A DNA stretch of 64,000 bases from Schmidtea polychroa (Eukaryota): the NCBI GenBank assembly GCA_044892525.1, contig CM097885.1, positions 45,820,001 through 45,884,000 on the forward strand, read 5' to 3'. Within the stretch, counting starts at the first letter, position 1. Each line of letters starts with the position of its first letter. Shown here in pieces: positions 63,856-64,000 of the stretch. The position numbers and the translations under genes are program-made. Under the pieces are notes generated by a model, which saw only the letters and a program-made list of their open reading frames with translations, was not told where the DNA came from and searched no databases.

Positions 63856-64000
63856 ATATCTTAGCAAATATCTTAGCATATGCAGATGACCTAGTAATTA
63901 TTGCCAAAAAACATGCAATTGCTTTTAGGAACAATAGAAAAACTAGCAAAGCAGGAAAACCTAATATTCAAACCAGCGAAATGTGGATATTATAGAGACT
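63856..64000 (+). mobile_element. Non-LTR retrotransposon RT fragment
   Basis: ILAYADDLVIIAK, with KPAKCG downstream in a shifted frame. Confidence 0.6.

Overview
AT-rich eukaryotic (metazoan) DNA made almost entirely of nested mobile elements. The (ATT)n microsatellites and a >30 kb Ty3/Gypsy element suggest a planarian-like host (inference). Layout: (1) 1-9 kb holds debris of two Maverick/Polinton elements and a proteasome-alpha fragment. (2) 9-14.8 kb holds the two last exons of a host-like membrane-protein gene, a BEL/Pao protease scrap and a dead pPolB. (3) A Maverick/Polinton with both ends intact spans 14791-62975 (AGTAGT...ACTACT ends, ~0.68 kb TIRs, 6-bp TSD GTTGAA). It encodes a packaging ATPase, integrase-chromodomain, minor and major capsid, adenain-like protease, a truncated pPolB, a TBP-like protein and several intron-containing genes. 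(4) Inside it sits a young 31,142-bp Ty3/Gypsy element (23837-54978) with 4.2-kb near-identical LTRs and a tRNA-Pro PBS. It appears to encode one ~4,600-aa polyprotein, now broken by two frameshifts and one stop: Gag, three ubiquitin-like domains, a Bcl-2-like domain, a chuvirus-like fusion glycoprotein, PR-RT-RH-IN, ankyrin repeats and a membrane protein. A recurring motif at the domain borders looks like a protease cleavage site. Separate genes encode an IAP-type RING protein, a full-length TRAF and four accessory proteins, so this looks like a complex, possibly enveloped retrovirus-like element carrying an apoptosis/innate-immune toolkit. (5) A hAT MITE sits in the 3' LTR, a Penelope-like element truncates the Maverick pPolB, and a decayed 28S rRNA fragment joins a non-LTR RT scrap at the right end. 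All domain calls come from motif recognition by eye; no searches were run.
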